Positions 11,775-26,150 of a DNA stretch of 49,485 nt are shown piece after piece (within the stretch, counting starts at the first letter, position 1; every line of letters starts with the position of its first letter). This DNA comes from Octopus bimaculoides (lineage: Eukaryota). Below the pieces are notes generated by a model that was not told where the DNA came from, searched no databases, and saw only the letters and a list, made by a program, of their open reading frames with translations. The stretch covers positions 94,450,926 through 94,500,410 of the forward strand of contig NC_068990.1 of the NCBI RefSeq assembly GCF_001194135.2. Reading direction: 5' to 3'. The translations under genes and the position numbers were made by a program.

Positions 11775-12532
11775 ACTCAGGAAATTGATTCTCTCAAATG
11801 CCCCGGTGGCTCATTAGATAGAGGTAGTGGATAATTTCTGCTATCTAGGGGACCAAATTAGTTGTGGGGGGTGGGGGGTGCACAGAAAGTATAGTAGCTA
11901 GAATAGGAATAGGATCGAGGAAATTCAGAGAGCTTTTACCTTTGTTGGCTACAAACGGTTTCTCACTCTGAGGGTAAGGAAGAGTGTCTGATGCACGCTT
12001 GTAGACAGCAATTCTACATGGTAGCAAGACATGGGCCCTGAATGCAGAGGACAGGCGAAGGCTGGAGAAGATTGAGGTTAGTATGCTCTGATGTGTAATG
12101 CAAGTGTCCACGTTCAACAGAGTGAATTGAGTGTATTGGGAGAGAAGTTAGGCATGAGAGGAATTAGATGCAGTGTGTAAAAGAGAAGACTGTGCTGGTT
12201 TGGTAATGCCAACAGCAGAACAAGTGACAATCTCTCAAAATGGATGAAACATGTGGAATAGGGAGACCCAGGAAGACATGAGATGAAGTCCAGAAAGACG
12301 ACCTCAAGATGCTGAACCATTCAGATGAGATGAAAAAGGACCAAGATACCTGGCACAAGATTCATCCTCCACAGCAGAAATGTTAACCCCTCCCCCACCA
12401 GCAAGAGTTGTGTGCCATGTAAAAAGCACTTGTACTGGTGCCACATAAAAGTACCCACCACACTCCGTAAAGTGGTTGGCATCAGGAAGAGCATCCAGTC
12501 AGAGAAACTATGCTGAATCAGACTGGAGCCTG
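11775..12532 (+). mobile_element. Decayed RTE LINE 3' fragment
   Basis: EVVDNFCYLGDQIS, KFRELLPLLATNG and LHGSKTWAL pieces, followed by the family 3' UTR (gtggttggcatcaggaagagcatccag). Confidence 0.85.
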
Positions 12533-14483
12533 ATTTAACTACCTCAGTTTAGGAATTCCCCTTCAGGGTAGAACATCTGTCTATCCACATTTTATACCCG
12601 AACTGGTACAGTGCTGCTTCTGGGGGCTGATAATTTAGTTTTAGTTAACAAAAAAAAAAAAAAAATCTGGAATCAAAGGAAAAAAATAACTGGATGCTAA
12701 TGAAGGCAAAGTCAGGTTTTGCTTGAAAGAATAAAACTGATCAATAACCAACACAAGAATCTTGTCACTGATTACACACACTTAGAACTACTATAGCAAC
12801 CCGCAAACTACTAAGCAACAACAACATATTAAACTACTTATTTACATGCCACAACTGAAGTGGACTTGGACTATCAGACAGAAAGTTTGCTTGTTACAAC
12901 AATAACTTCTACTGCTAACATCCTGTCATCTGAATGACCTTCTNNNNNNNNNNNNNNNNNNNNNNNNNNNNNNNNNNNNNNNNNNNNNNNNNNNNNNNNN
13001 NNNNNNNNNNNNNNNNNNNNNNNNNNNNNNNNNNNNNNNNNNNNNNNNNNNNNNNNNNNNNNNNNNNNNNNNNNNNNNNNNNNNNNNNNNNNNNNNNNNN
13101 NNNNNNNNNNNNNNNNNNNNNNNNNNNNNNNNNNNNNNNNNNNNNNNNNNNNNNNNNNNNNNNNNNNNNNNNNNNNNNNNNNNNNNNNNNNNNNNNNNNN
13201 NNNNNNNNNNNNNNNNNNNNNNNNNNNNNNNNNNNNNNNNNNNNNNNNNNNNNNNNNNNNNNNNNNNNNNNNNNNNNNNNNNNNNNNNNNNNNNNNNNNN
13301 NNNNNNNNNNNNNNNNNNNNNNNNNNNNNNNNNNNNNNNNNNNNNNNNNNNNNNNNNNNNNNNNNNNNNNNNNNNNNNNNNNNNNNNNNNNNNNNNNNNN
13401 NNNNNNNNNNNNNNNNNNNNNNNNNNNNNNNNNNNNNNNNNNNNNNNNNNNNNNNNNNNNNNNNNNNAATTTCTTTATAATCGTAATCTATGCCATTTGA
13501 AAGAGATTTGTATAAAATTTCATTAAAAGATACCCATCTTTCTGAAAGTTATGAGGGAAAAAAGTCAGATCATGTGAATTTTCCAAAACTCCTCTCTCCA
13601 CCCCCTCACAAAAATTCTTTCCCATAAATCCCTATTATACTCTGAAGCCACCACATCTAAGCGGTATTTGGAGAAAATTTTGTTAAAAAGTATCCATTTT
13701 TCTGGATGTTATAAGGCAACAAAGTCGGGGGCATATACATCTGTAGTAATGCCCTTTTATTTATGCAATTTTTTTTCATTTCATGTTTATTTCATTCATT
13801 GTTTGCAATGTTCTCTCTCTCTTTCTTTCTCTCTCTCTCTCACTCACTCTGCAAGGCTTACAGATGGGCTGCTGAATTGAAAAAAAAAAAAAGAGATTAT
13901 GACTGTGATAAAATAATGAAAGCAATATTTACTAAGCACGTGAGCACAATTATACCAAGAAATAATTAAGCATAAAATATAAAAATTATTAGAAATTGGA
14001 ATCAAAAGTGAAAATATTGTCAAGGGGTTATAGCAGAAAAACCATCTGGAGAGTGGTCTTTCTGCTACTAAATATAATGAAAATCATTGAGGTAAGTTTT
14101 TTTTATGGCTGAATGCTTCTTTTGTTGTTAACTCTGCCTTGTTTCCAAGCAAGAAATTATTTTCCCTAGTTTTTTTTTTTTTTAACATGACCCACTCAAT
14201 GGCCAGACATGTTTCAAGGAAAATTGCAAACAAATGAAACCATTTTGGTATGAATGATGGCTTTGTTTACTCCAATCAAAACTGACTCAGCTAAAGATGC
14301 AGCTTCTACATAATCAAATATGAAGTTTCTATGACACCATCACCAATAACACAATCATCATCGTTTAACATCCGTTTTCCATGCTGGAAAATCTACATCA
14401 TATTAACAACAACTGGGAATAAAGAAAACCAGGATGGAAAAGTCATGAAAAGCAAAAAAATGCAATAATGAGAAATTACTTAC

Positions 14484-14573
14484 GCCTTGTCACCAGCTCG
14501 GTTGACAATCACAAGGTATTTTGAAATCTTTTTACCGTTATCAACAAGACCAGCTCGTACACTCTGCATAAAA
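14484..14573 (-). CDS. INPP5B: INPP5B/OCRL-like 5-phosphatase, first identified coding exon (start of N-terminal PH domain)
   Basis: Minus-strand acceptor ttccttaacccag|, donor GC|gtaagt. Open frame FMQSVRAGLVDNGKKISKYLVIVNRAGDK(A) resembles recalled INPP5B AVQGVL...SRLLGLV...EHA. Ends in phase 2, matching the next exon. An alternative phase-0 acceptor ttttatgcag| would start the exon at 14563. Confidence 0.8.
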
Positions 14574-14901
14574 CTGGGTTAAGGAAATTAGCAGAAGAGA
14601 AAAAAAAGAAGAAAAAAAATACCGGATATCAATATTTTCTTTTTAAATCAATTTATGAGAATGGTTAATATAATTAATCATAATCTGAGAATATCACATG
14701 GTATTTACTTAATAGTAATTTGGGTAAATTAATTGACCCTGAATCATTGGGATTCAATTCCCTTCCTTTTATCACCCATACAGTCTCCTGCTCACTTTTA
14801 CAATTGCATCCAATCTTTCATCCTTCTCTAATTCCCATCCCATCCATGGCTATCATGTAGAGGCATCAACTTGTAGTCCTTCAAGAAGAACATCAGCCAT
14901 A

Positions 14902-15106
14902 TTAACCCTTGTGATATCAATCCACCTGAAATTACCCCCAGTTCTATGATACAAACTTGATGTTTTAAAGTGATCTTTAAAGTTAATTTATGCTCAGACA
15001 CTCACTTAATAACGACCCTTTATTGCTAAATTCTTTATGGTTTTCAAAATTAATCGAAACAAAGGCAGTGTATTTCAAGAGAAATGTTTTTAACAAAACG
15101 GTTGAA
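14902..15106. mobile_element. piggyBac-like MITE (TTAA-CCCT termini)
   Basis: Left end TTAACCCTT, right end taacaaaacggttgaa (decayed). Related halves at 4690-4793 (ending caaaagggttaa), 8660-8760 (starting ttaacccttttgttac) and 21640-21710. Confidence 0.4.
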
Positions 15107-15427
15107 GTTATCTAAAAACCTTCCATCAAAATTGCACGTTACTTTATGTTCATTAACACCAGCTGCATAATAAGAGTTGTTATCAATTTCTTGATTTAGT
15201 ATTTTATCACGTTTTAGTGATATTTAGTATTTTATCACGTTTACTCATGTGGAACTTTTGAAATACATTCCAAGTCTTAGAAAATCCTACATAAAAATTA
15301 TTCATTTTAATTATTTTCTTTCTCTTTCATAAATTTAAATTTTACAAGAGAATACATAAATCATAAAACTACTTTTGAAAGGACTGAAATTTCCTCTTAA
15401 CCAAGACTTTATATAAACCGAATCCAC

Positions 15428-16895
15428 TCACAGAATATGCCGTGTATGTAAAATGGATGGTGCAAAGTCCCTTCCAGACCTAGAGTAACGTGGTGGAGGA
15501 ATAATATGGTAGACAAAGCCTTTAGAGCAAAGAAACAGGCCTGGAGAGCCTGGAAGAGTGGGAGATAGCAGAAAACTGTACCAGATAACCAGAAGGGATG
15601 CTAGGTGACAGGTAAACACAGCCAAGAGAGAAGCAGAAAAGAAGTTTGCCAATGTCCAGCGATGTGAGGACCAAAGGACTGAAGAATTTCGGATTGCAAG
15701 ACAATGTGTGAAAGAAAATTGTGATGTCACAGGAGAGAAATGTGTCTGCATGGATGATGGTGCACTTGCTTTTAATGATTCTGAAAAGAAAGAAGCTTGG
15801 ATGAGCCATTATGAAAGACTGCTGAACATGGAGAATGAATGAGAGGAGGAGAGCTTGCCAAATGTTGAGCCAGTAGAGGGACCAGCTATCCGAATAGACA
15901 GCACCCTGGTAGATAAAGTAATTAAGGGTATGAAGCCAGGAAAAGCCCCCGGACTGTCAAGAATCACTGCTGAAATGCTTAAAATATCTAGTGGTGTGGG
16001 TAATGGCCTAGTCACCTGCATTGTAAACCAGGGAGTTCATGATGGAGTCATACCCAATGACTGGCGTAGCAGCACCATAGTCAACTGCTACAAGGGTAAA
16101 GGTGATGCTTCAGATAGAAATAACTACAGGGGTATCAAACTGCTGGATCAGGTGATGAAGGTCATGGAGAAGGTTATAGCCCAACTAATTAGGGAGAGAG
16201 TCTGTTTAGATGAGATGCAGTTCGGTTTTGTGCCAGGTTGAAGCACCACTGATGCCATATTCCTGGTACAGCAACTGCAGGAGAAATACCTAGCTAAAGA
16301 TAAACCCCTATACTTGGCTTTTGTGGACTTGGAGAAAACCTTTGACAGGGTCCCCCGATCCCTTATCTGGTGGGTGATGCAGAAAGTGGGGATTGATGAA
16401 TGGTTAATAAGGGCTATACAGGCCCTATACAGACGAAAGACCAAGACCTCTGGAGATATGCTGTGACTGAGAAGATCTGGCAAATAAAATGAGATCACAG
16501 CTGTAGCCTATGTTAGTGTCGCATAACCAGCACACTCAAAAAGTACCTTTGGATCATGCTGTGCTTGACGAGACCTATTGAGCCAAGTACATCATCAAAA
16601 TCAAATCAAACCACAGTCAAATGGAAATTGTCCTTGTGGCTGATGCCAGCACAGCCTGTCAGGCTCCCCGTGCCAGTAACAACATGAAAAACACCATCCA
16701 AACGTGGTTGTTGCCAGCCCCCTCTGGCCCCTGTGCCAGTGACACATAAAAAGCACCCACTATACTCTCGGAGTGGTTGGCGTTAGGAAAGGCATCCAGC
16801 TGTAGAAACACTGCCAGATCAGATTGAGGCCTGGTGCAGCCTCCTGGCTTGCCAGTCCTCAGTCATGGAAAATGGACGTTAAACGATGATGATGA
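15428..16895 (+). mobile_element. RTE-clade LINE fragment: RT N-terminal region, internal deletion, 3' UTR and (GAT)n tail
   Basis: PSRPRVTWW, MKPGKAPG, NCYKGKGDASDRNNYRGIKLLDQVMKV, QFGFVPG and PLYLAFVDLEKTFDRVPR, with stops. Ends ggacgttaaacgatgatgatga. Confidence 0.92.
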
Positions 16896-16974
16896 ATTAA
16901 ACACACACAACACACACACAAAAAAAACCCCTTACTCAAATAGACCAGTTATATGCAAATACCTCACAATCAAG

Positions 16975-17290
16975 TAATTTTGGGTTTAGTTCCACAGTTT
17001 AGCACCTTGGGCAAGTGTCTTCTACTATAGCCCTGGGTCAACCAAAACCTTGTGAGTGGATTTAATAGACAGCAACTGAAAGATGCCCATCACGTGTGTG
17101 TATACATGTGGAAGTACATATTTCCTTCGTCTGTATGCATTTTCTCACTGACCGTAAACAATGGCTTTGCTAACGGTGCCACTTGCTTGCAGTCCGTATG
17201 GAAAGCATGTCCAGGTTGTTGTTTAAGAGAAAGGGCACCTGGCCTTTGAAAATTTTGCTCCTGTCACATGCAAGCATGGAAAAGCAGGCA
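16975..17290 (+). mobile_element. SINE family A head plus RTE-type tail
   Basis: gggtttagttccacagtttagcaccttgggcaagtgtcttctactatagccc...gtgagtggattt; ends gcatggaaaagcaggcattaaaacaatgatg. Confidence 0.65.
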
Positions 17291-18830
17291 TTAAAACAAT
17301 GATGATAATGACAATAGGTGCAAATATATTTATCTCTATTTTCTCTGTTTCTCCCTTGTGAGTTTGTGAAATCAGAGGATTCCAGTAAAACTAGATTGGG
17401 TAACAGTAGTTTAATCTGTAATGATAAACAATTTTAATTATAGAAAATTATAAATTTTTTCATTGATTTTTAGTCAATAAATAAACCAGGATTACAAAGG
17501 TTTTAGATTTCACCTTAAAAATAAATAAAAAAAATTATATTTGCAGTAGTTCAGCAGTTCTCAACTATTTTATAATTCAGTGCCCCCCCCCTTCAATGAA
17601 TGAGGTTTTACATAAATACCTTGTCTCTATGTTTTGGCAATCCCTACCACCAAAGCAGATTATTTTAATTAAACAAAACCTGGTTTTAATCATTGATTTA
17701 ATATCCTATTTGTTTATACCGTTTTCCATGTTAGCATGGGTTTCATGGGCAGGTACTGAAGGCAGAATTTTTTTATGCTTAGATACTCTTCCTGTTGTTA
17801 ACCCTGAATCAAAAGACATAATTGAGAAGTGAACTTTTTAGCCACACATCCATACCTGTGCCTTATATAATGACATGTTAATAGACTTTGCCACATCAAC
17901 AATCATGTCATTGTTCACTGATAACACAATGACCTATTCATCGTTTAGTCTAAAAGATGTTGTTTGAAAATGTGTTGTACCTGATTTAAATATTTTATCT
18001 TTCACAAAAATCACGTTTCTTCTAAACACCCAGCAAGCCACCTCCCTATTACACTCCTTTGACATTTACTTGTCCTCTAGTGGGTTCACAATGCCCTCCA
18101 CTACCACTACCAAAGAGGTACTATCTCCCAGGGTAAGGACCACTGAAGTAATTGAAACAATCGTTACTGGGTTACTGATTGTTGGGAAAATACTTTCTAT
18201 ATTTAATAACAAAAAACTTCAATTGAATTTATTGGTTTAACATCCACTTTTCCAGGCTTGCAAATGTCAAATAGAATTTATTGCGGTAGATTTTCTATGG
18301 CGAAATATCCTTTCTCTTACCAACCCTCACCTGTTTCTAAGCAAGGTAAAATTTCCCCATGGCCAGATATATTTTCATGGGGGATTGGAAACAAATGATA
18401 CTGCTTGTATGGTGGGGATGCTTGTTTACAACTGCAATGCAATGTCAAGTCAAGGACACACACACACATTTCGTATTCAATGATTGGAAGGATGAATAGT
18501 TCAACTGGTATTGTGAACCACAAACGGTTGGCATTGATTGTTCAACCACATCAAAGGACAAACAAATGGAAACTGGAAGATCACCCTGCTAAATGTAGGT
18601 TCAGAGAAGTGCTATGTGATGCTTATATTGAGGAGGGTGGAGACAGAGGATGAGTGAAAGTTTCAATGAGCCAATGTGACCAATGAGTGAGGAGAAGCTG
18701 AGCTGTGGTTGGGGCAAGATACCAGTCAGATGGAAGGTAACACATGGTGGGATCGAGTGGTGCAGAAGACAGAGCCACAAAGCTGAGAGACACAGTACCA
18801 GAAAGAATGACAAATAGTAGAAATGTGTCT

Positions 18831-19001
18831 AAGAAGTATCAGATGTAGTGTGTAAGAGAAGATTGTGCTAATAGAAAGACATGATGGGAATGGAAGAGGA
18901 CAGTTGAGTGAAGAAGTATCAGATGTAGTGTGTAAGAGAAGACTGTGCTGATAGAAAGACATGATGGGAATGGAAGAGGACAGTTGAGTGAAGAAGTATC
19001 A
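18831..19001. repeat. 80-bp tandem duplication (2 copies plus a partial third)
   Basis: aagaagtatc begins at 18831, 18911 and 18991, with near-identical intervening sequence. Confidence 0.95.
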
Positions 19002-19544
19002 AGCAATTTAGGTAGAAGACATTTGTGGAAAAGGAAGACTTTTGGGAAGGAATGGGGGAAAAGCTGAGTTCAGAAAGCTGAATCTCTAGAAAGAGATGAT
19101 AAAAATTAGCAACAAGTAGCTCGATACTGTGCTCTGCAACACCTGTCCAATCAACGTAAATATGGAAAAAGGCAAAGGTAAAAAAATACCAACATCAATA
19201 ATGACAACGATCTCTATTCTGTCGAAGCTGAGTTAATTGGAAGACATGAGAGAGTAGGAGAGCAGCTAATTTGAATATTTGTATAACATGAGAAGGGATG
19301 AGAAAATTAATATACCATAATTGGTAATGATAAGATTTTGAATAGGAAATAATAATAAAAAAAGAGAGACGAAACTATTTCACCATATTATTCTCTTTCA
19401 TATAAACTATGTGAAATATGTAGGAGAATGAAACAAAAGATGATATGAAGAAAAAAAGTTATTGGCTATAAATAATTGCAAATAACAGACAGTCGTTGGT
19501 AATTAGAGAATAAAATAAATAGCAGAGACAAATTGGCAAATCTT

Positions 19545-19850
19545 TAATGGGTTTCAGTCATTGAACTGTGGCCATGGTGGAGCACTGCTTTCACGGTTTT
19601 AGTTGATAAAATTGACCATCAGTACTTACTTGAAACCAGTCTCTTTTTATTGAGTCAATAATCAGACCAATAACATTTGCCAAGCATTAAGAAACAAACA
19701 AAAACAAACAATTTGATGGGCTTCCACATAGTTTCTGTTTACCAGATTCCACTCACAAGGTATTGATTGGCCTGACACTATCATAAAAAAAAAAGCTTAA
19801 ACAAGATGCTTCACAGCAGCACTGGGACTTGAAACCATGTGGCACAGTCC
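19545..19850 (-). mobile_element. SINE family A copy (decayed)
   Basis: tttcagtcattgaactgtggccatg...tttctgtttaccagattccactcacaagg...gggacttgaaaccatgtgg. Confidence 0.65.
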
Positions 19851-20572
19851 ATATTAGTGCCTCTAATATATGATAACAGAACTTAATTTCACTTGGAATT
19901 CAAAGAAAGGTTAAAATAACTTCTAATTTCCAGATAGTGCTTCATCTCACCTTACACTTTCAGAGTCTCCTGTTACATTTGGATCAGTCCATTCCAATAG
20001 GCTTCAAGTATCTTCTTCCAAAATATACACAAGTAGGGTTATGTAATAACAAGTTTGCTTCCAAGCCTCAAATTCAGTGCCACAGTGTGACACGTTGGGC
20101 AAGAGTGTCTTCAACAATAGCCCTGAGCCAACCAAAGCCTTGTGAATGGATTTGATTGATATATAGATGTGTGTGTGTGTGTGTGTGGAGAGAGAAAAAT
20201 GGAAACAATAGAGGGAAAATAGGTTTGTTGTTGACAACAGTGGTGGTGGTCATTATCATTTAGATACCAACACTTAGAATTGAATGGGGGAACATTTTGC
20301 TTTTGTTGGGGTGGTGTTTAAGTGTGTCAGAGTGGTGTAAATATGTGAGGGGCACTGGGAGTTGAAATAATAAAGTATTGGTAGTAGAGAGTGGATTGTT
20401 TGATAGTTGAAACCTGAATAAGATGGTATTCAGCTATGCAGTAGATAGAGCGGAGCAACAAGGAGTGCTGGTCATGATAATTATCTAATGACAAGAGACA
20501 TTACATTATGAAACATGAGAGGATGTCTGTTTTGTAGAAATAGTTTTGACTGCACAACAATGATCTGTGTGA

Positions 20573-21613
20573 CATCATCATCATCATCATCATCATCGTT
20601 TAACGTCTGCTTTCCATGCTGGCATGGGTTGGACGACTTGACTGAGGACTGGTGAAACCGGATGGCAACACCAGGCTCCAATCTAAATTTGGCAGAGTTT
20701 CTACAGCTGGATGCCCTTCCTAACGCCAACCACTCAGAGAGTGTAGTGGGTGCTTTTACGTGTCACCTGTACGAAGGCCAGTCAGGCGATACTGGCAACG
20801 GCCACGCTTGAAATGGTGTCTTTTATGTGCCACCCGCACNNNNNNNNNNNNNNNNNNNNNNNNNNNNNNNNNNNNNNNNNNNNNNNNNNNNNNNNNNNNN
20901 NNNNNNNNNNNNNNNNNNNNNNNNNNNNNNNNNNNNNNNNNNNNNNNNNNNNNNNNNNNNNNNNNNNNNNNNNNNNNNNNNNNNNNNNNNNNNNNNNNNN
21001 NNNNNNNNNNNNNNNNNNNNNNNNNNNNNNNNNNNNNNNNNNNNNNNNNNNNNNNNNNNNNNNNNNNNNNNNNNNNNNNNNNNNNNNNNNNNNNNNNNNN
21101 NNNNNNNNNNNNNNNNNNNNNNNNNNNNNNNNNNNNNNNNNNNNNNNNNNNNNNNNNNNNNNNNNNNNNNNNNNNNNNNNNNNNNNNNNNNNNNNNNNNN
21201 NNNNNNNNNNNNNNNNNNNNNNNNNNNNNNNNNNNNNNNNNNNNNNNNNNNNNNNNNNNNNNCTAATGTTCAGCTTTTCTCTCAAGATACTTACGCTCTG
21301 ACGGGTATTCACACTGACATTACACATCCATTGGAGCACACTGGCTTCATTCCTTGCGAGCTTACGCATGTCCTCAGCAGTTACAGCCCATGTTTCACTG
21401 CCATGTAGCATGGCTGTTCGTACACATGCGTCATACAGTCTGCCTTTTACTCTGAGTGAGAGTCCCTTTGTCGCCAGCAGAGGTAAGAGCTCTCTAAACT
21501 TTGCCCAGGCTATTCTTATTCTAGCAGCTACACTTTCAGCGCACCCACCCCCACTACTAACTTGGTCGCCCAGATAGCGGAAGCTATCGACTACCTCTAG
21601 TTTTTCACATGCA
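20573..21613 (-). mobile_element. Young RTE LINE 3' fragment spanning an N gap
   Basis: CEKLEVVDSFRYLGDQVSSGGGCAESVAARIRIAWAKFRELLPLL...LHGSETWAV...; family 3' UTR and (CAT)n (= (GAT)n tail) at the left end. Confidence 0.9.
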
Positions 21614-24522
21614 GATGTAATAAAAAAAAAACCTTTTACAATATTACTATTGAAATACATTGCCTTTCTTTCAATTAATTTTAAAAATAAGAATTTATTA
21701 AAAGCCCTATTTATTCATTTTTGTCACCCTCACACACCTTTCATAAAATTTCATCTTTATCAACCTCTTCAAAATGGAAAAGCTCTAACTTGAAACCTTT
21801 CAACTGTGTCCACGATACAACTTCCTTTAACACAAAAAACATATCAGGCAGACCATCTGTTCTTCCTTGCTAAAGGAGAGCACAGTGTTGGTCTTCATGA
21901 GATATTCAGCTGATGGTCAAATCTCTCCATATAGAAGCTGTTCAACATAAACACACCAATGAACAGACACTTTCATCTAATATGGAGTCACCAGCGGCAC
22001 CAACATGTCCGTGCCACAGAGTTTATTTCAAAATGACCAAAACTCATCCCACAGTACTGCTAGGACTTTTGGATATTGTCCGTAATCCCTGACCTGAAAG
22101 TCTTCTAAACAAGAGTACACAGACTGTCCTTGTCAACATCTGGAATTAATTCCAGACCATTGTTATTTATATATCATCCACTAATCTTTTTGTAGAATGC
22201 AAGGGTTGACCGGCCACTGACCAGATGGCCCCAAGTAGAGTGCTGGGAGTGCTTGGCAACATTCCAGATGCCAAATGACGTAAGTCGATCCAAGATTGCA
22301 GCTTAGTTGAAGAGATAAACTGCATGAATAATGACTACACTTGTTCACTATTGTCATCAAGAAATCTCTGAAAATGTATGAAACTCACCCTATGTTTGTG
22401 CATCATCAGCTACAGCATCCCGAAAGTCCCTTGTAGTGGATGCTGGCAGCAGAGAGACCTCCTGACCAGTAGAACTTATCCCTTTTACAAGAAGCAAAGT
22501 TGCACATACTCCCCCTCATTCAGTCAGATGATTTCTGGGACATGGCACAATGGAAATAGAGACCACTGAAGTGGTATTGAGGTTAGCTACTTCCACTTGC
22601 CAAGGACAACACCCTCAAAGTCCATTTCTGAATAAGGCAGGTCACCATGTTTATGACTGCTTCCTAGTTGTTATCCACCTAGGCTCTAAGCACTTTGACT
22701 GGGCCCTTAGTCCAGTGACTAAAGTCACTTGATTGCATGAAGTGGAAGTTTCCAGAGATCAGTCGAGTGAGTGCATCTCTAACCAAACAACTGACAATTG
22801 AAGGACTGCAGGAATAATGGTCTTCTAAGGGTTAACAAGTATAAATAAAGCAAAAATTAGTAGGTTTATAACATGGGCATAAATTAGGTTTAAAATGATA
22901 AAAGAATGAAACAGCTGTCTAATTTATATTCGTAGCATTAGCATATTGTCCATACAAATATCATTAACATATTGTGTCATTTATTAAAAAGAAGGTCGGT
23001 CTTCATGATCAAGCAACAAAGTCAAGTAATGCTTTAGATCAACAGATTAAAAGTAATTTGTCATTTTGGAATTATAGCCGCATGAAGAGAGGAACTTGGC
23101 TTAACCAGAAAATTAATAGTTATGGAGTTGCTTTGGAAACACAATACAGGTTGTTACTCTAGAACCCAAAAGAGTTCATAATAATTGGTGCTCAACCTAT
23201 TTTGTAGACTAAAAGTGAACGAGGAATAAACCTTTCAGCACACCTCCGACCTCAGCCATGTCAGGCGAAGTTCAAATGGACAGGAGCTGACCTATTTCGG
23301 CACAATCTCTCCTGTGGTATGTCTGTCCTTCTAGCTGCCACGTCTGGTTATAAATACAGTAATCAGCAAAGGGGACAGACAGAAAGGATCTGGGATGCAG
23401 AGACACACAGGAGATAGCCGACCAGTATTTTCTCAGATGAACAACGCACACACAGACACAAAACATATTCATTTCTACCACATCATATCCACAGATGTAT
23501 CCTGTTGTTTTCCTTCTCCAGCTCGAAGCAGTTGGCAACAAATTAATGTAGTGAAAACATGTGTATACCAACAGCAAATGCAAGTCCCGTAAATAAATGA
23601 TTTAAACCATAAATCGATGTCATTCCATTATTTACTTGGAAGGCATCCACACGTCGATCACATCTGTTTACCTCAGCACATTCTGATACACACCTTCTCC
23701 ACCACAGATGTATTACAGGCATTGCTGTCAGAATGCCGACAGCTGATACAGATCTCACAAGTCATCTTGCCCAACTTTCTAACAGTTCGACCAATCCACT
23801 TGGTTGGTACTCTTTTTATAATCAACCCCCACAAAGAATGAAAGGAAAAACCGACCTTGGCAGGATTTGAACTTAGAACATGGGGGGGGGGTCAGAACAA
23901 ATACCCTGAGACTATTCTATTGACTGCTCTAATCACTGCTACGTCGTCACATTCCAAATAAATAAATTTTATTTTGGTGGATTTCAATACAAATTATAAA
24001 AGCAAGAAAAAGTCACTGATCTTAATCATTTTGCTTCTTTACAAAAGAGAGTTGTGCGACAACTGCTTGAAAAGGCGAAAAGCTCAAACCAGAAGAAGAC
24101 AATGTTCACTGATAACTTGAAGCAACTTAGCTGAAACATTATACAAAGGAAGTGGTTAGGGTTAATATTTGAAGTTTACAAGAGTTAGGTTGGTGTTAGA
24201 AAGGACAACGTATGTGAAGTGTGTAAAAATGACTAAATTACAGAACCCCTTTGACCATGCTCAAGAGTTGCTGTGAAGAGCAGATGACTCACAGAACTGG
24301 CAGAGTCAAATGTTAGATTTGAATAAATTATACTACATGTATTGAATATGTTTTTTCTCTAGTCTGGAAATCCAAATACATACACATGAGAGACTTCCCC
24401 TGGTTGGCCTTGAGCTATGGTAGAAGATAACTGAGGTGCCACAGAGTGAGACTGAACCCCAAACCAGAGAGACTGGTTATTGACAAATGAAAAAAAAAAA
24501 GAGCTTTTAAAGAGGCCTGGAT

Positions 24523-24980
24523 ATCATCATCATTATAATCACTTAACATTTGATTTCCAAACTGGCATGAGTTGGATGGTTTGACAGGAACTGGCCAGGT
24601 TCCATGGCTGGATACCCTTCCTAACACTAACCCTTTTATAGATTGTGCTGGGTGCTTTTACGCAGCACCAGCATCGATGCATTTACATGGGTAGTGGCAC
24701 AAATGCTTTATATGTGGCACCCACAAGCCTGCAAGGTTAGGAATGCAGCAGACATACCTGCATGCAAGAACAACCATGTTTTTACTAGGCAAACTGCCAA
24801 GAGACTCGGCCCCCTGTCATCCCCTCTAATATCTGTAGATCCTTTCTCACCATTTTGTCCATCTTTCTGGGTCTACTCCTTCCCACATTCTCCCACTACA
24901 ATTAGAGATCAGCACCTCTTGATGTAACCTGTCTTCATTCATACACATCACATGACCGTACCAGCACACTCTTCTCTCAT
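24523..24980 (-). mobile_element. Decayed RTE 3' end
   Basis: (CAT)n tail, reverse-complement family 3' UTR, and a WYGHVMCMNEDR-like piece near 24930-24970. Confidence 0.7.
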
Positions 24981-25859
24981 TCATTTTCGTTTTTACAATT
25001 CTTACATGCTCTTTGTAATTTGGATAATCTTAAAAATGTAGAGATATTTGTTTAAATAATCTTCACAAGGGTTCCAACATCTCCCCACAATGGTACTCCC
25101 CACCACCATCAGCAACACCATTGTAAAGCTGCCATATATCTTCACAAATCAATAGATTTTCTCTGATAATGACCTGTTTGTTTCATTAATCATTGATCTC
25201 ACTATAATTAGAGAAAGAGAGAGCGAACAGCTGTTGTTTCTATAGGAAACGTTTGCGTACCAGATGTATTAAACAAATATACCACTGCAATCCAATGAGA
25301 GAGTATCTTTTGAACTACTAGAAATAGCAGTCAAATTTCCTCCAAATCACATTATACTGTCTTAGAAAAGAAGGACACATTGGGTAATGTGATCTTAGAT
25401 ACACTCTTCTAATATAATAAATGTGAAAACTAGTTTCTGCATGTCTGTGTGTCACACTTAGACTCCGCCCCCTTCACTATTCAATGACACTCTTACTATT
25501 CCTCATGATGGGGTGAGAGTAATAGTAGGCATAGAGACGGTGAGGGTGGTGGAGAAGAGAGAGAAAGAGAAAAAGAAATTTAAGGGAGAGTTGATGATAT
25601 TTTATTAAAAATAGTAGTGTTGATGGTGGCAGTGGGAGTAATAATAAGAGAGAGAGAGAAAGAGGAAGATGATGTACAACTTTGTTTCACCATGTCTCTT
25701 TGACAGAAATTCCTGTCGCCAACATACTGAACACTCATTTTTATTTTATTTTTTGCTTTCTTTAATACATATATATACACAAACACACACATATAAAATA
25801 CACTTTAATTGAAATAAAGTTTCCCCAAAATTAAACATATCTAATGAACTGTGGCACCA

Positions 25860-26150
25860 ACTCGAAAGGGTTTAATTGAACAAATCAACCCCCACTACAT
25901 TTATTTTTTAAAAATCTGATACTTATTCTATTCATCTCTTTTGCTGAACTACTAAGTTAAAGGAATATAAATAAACCGACACCAGTTGTCAAGCGGTGAG
26001 GAGGAGGGGGGCACAAACACATGCATATATGACAGGGTTCTACAGTTTCCATCAAATAAATTAACTCAAGGCAACAGAAGGAGACATTTACTCATGGTGT
26101 ACTGAACAGTGGGACTGAACTGGAAACCACGTAATTGCAAATTGAGCTTC
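25860..26150 (-). mobile_element. SINE family A copy
   Basis: Colinear with 11390-11750 (ttttgctgaactactaagt, accgacaccagttgtcaagc, gggactgaactggaaaccac). Confidence 0.7.

Noticed and set aside
25225-25250. GTTTCT-ATA-GGAAAC as a second X-box
   Set aside because: Imperfect half-site, deep in an intron beside a repeat, and not near any candidate TSS.
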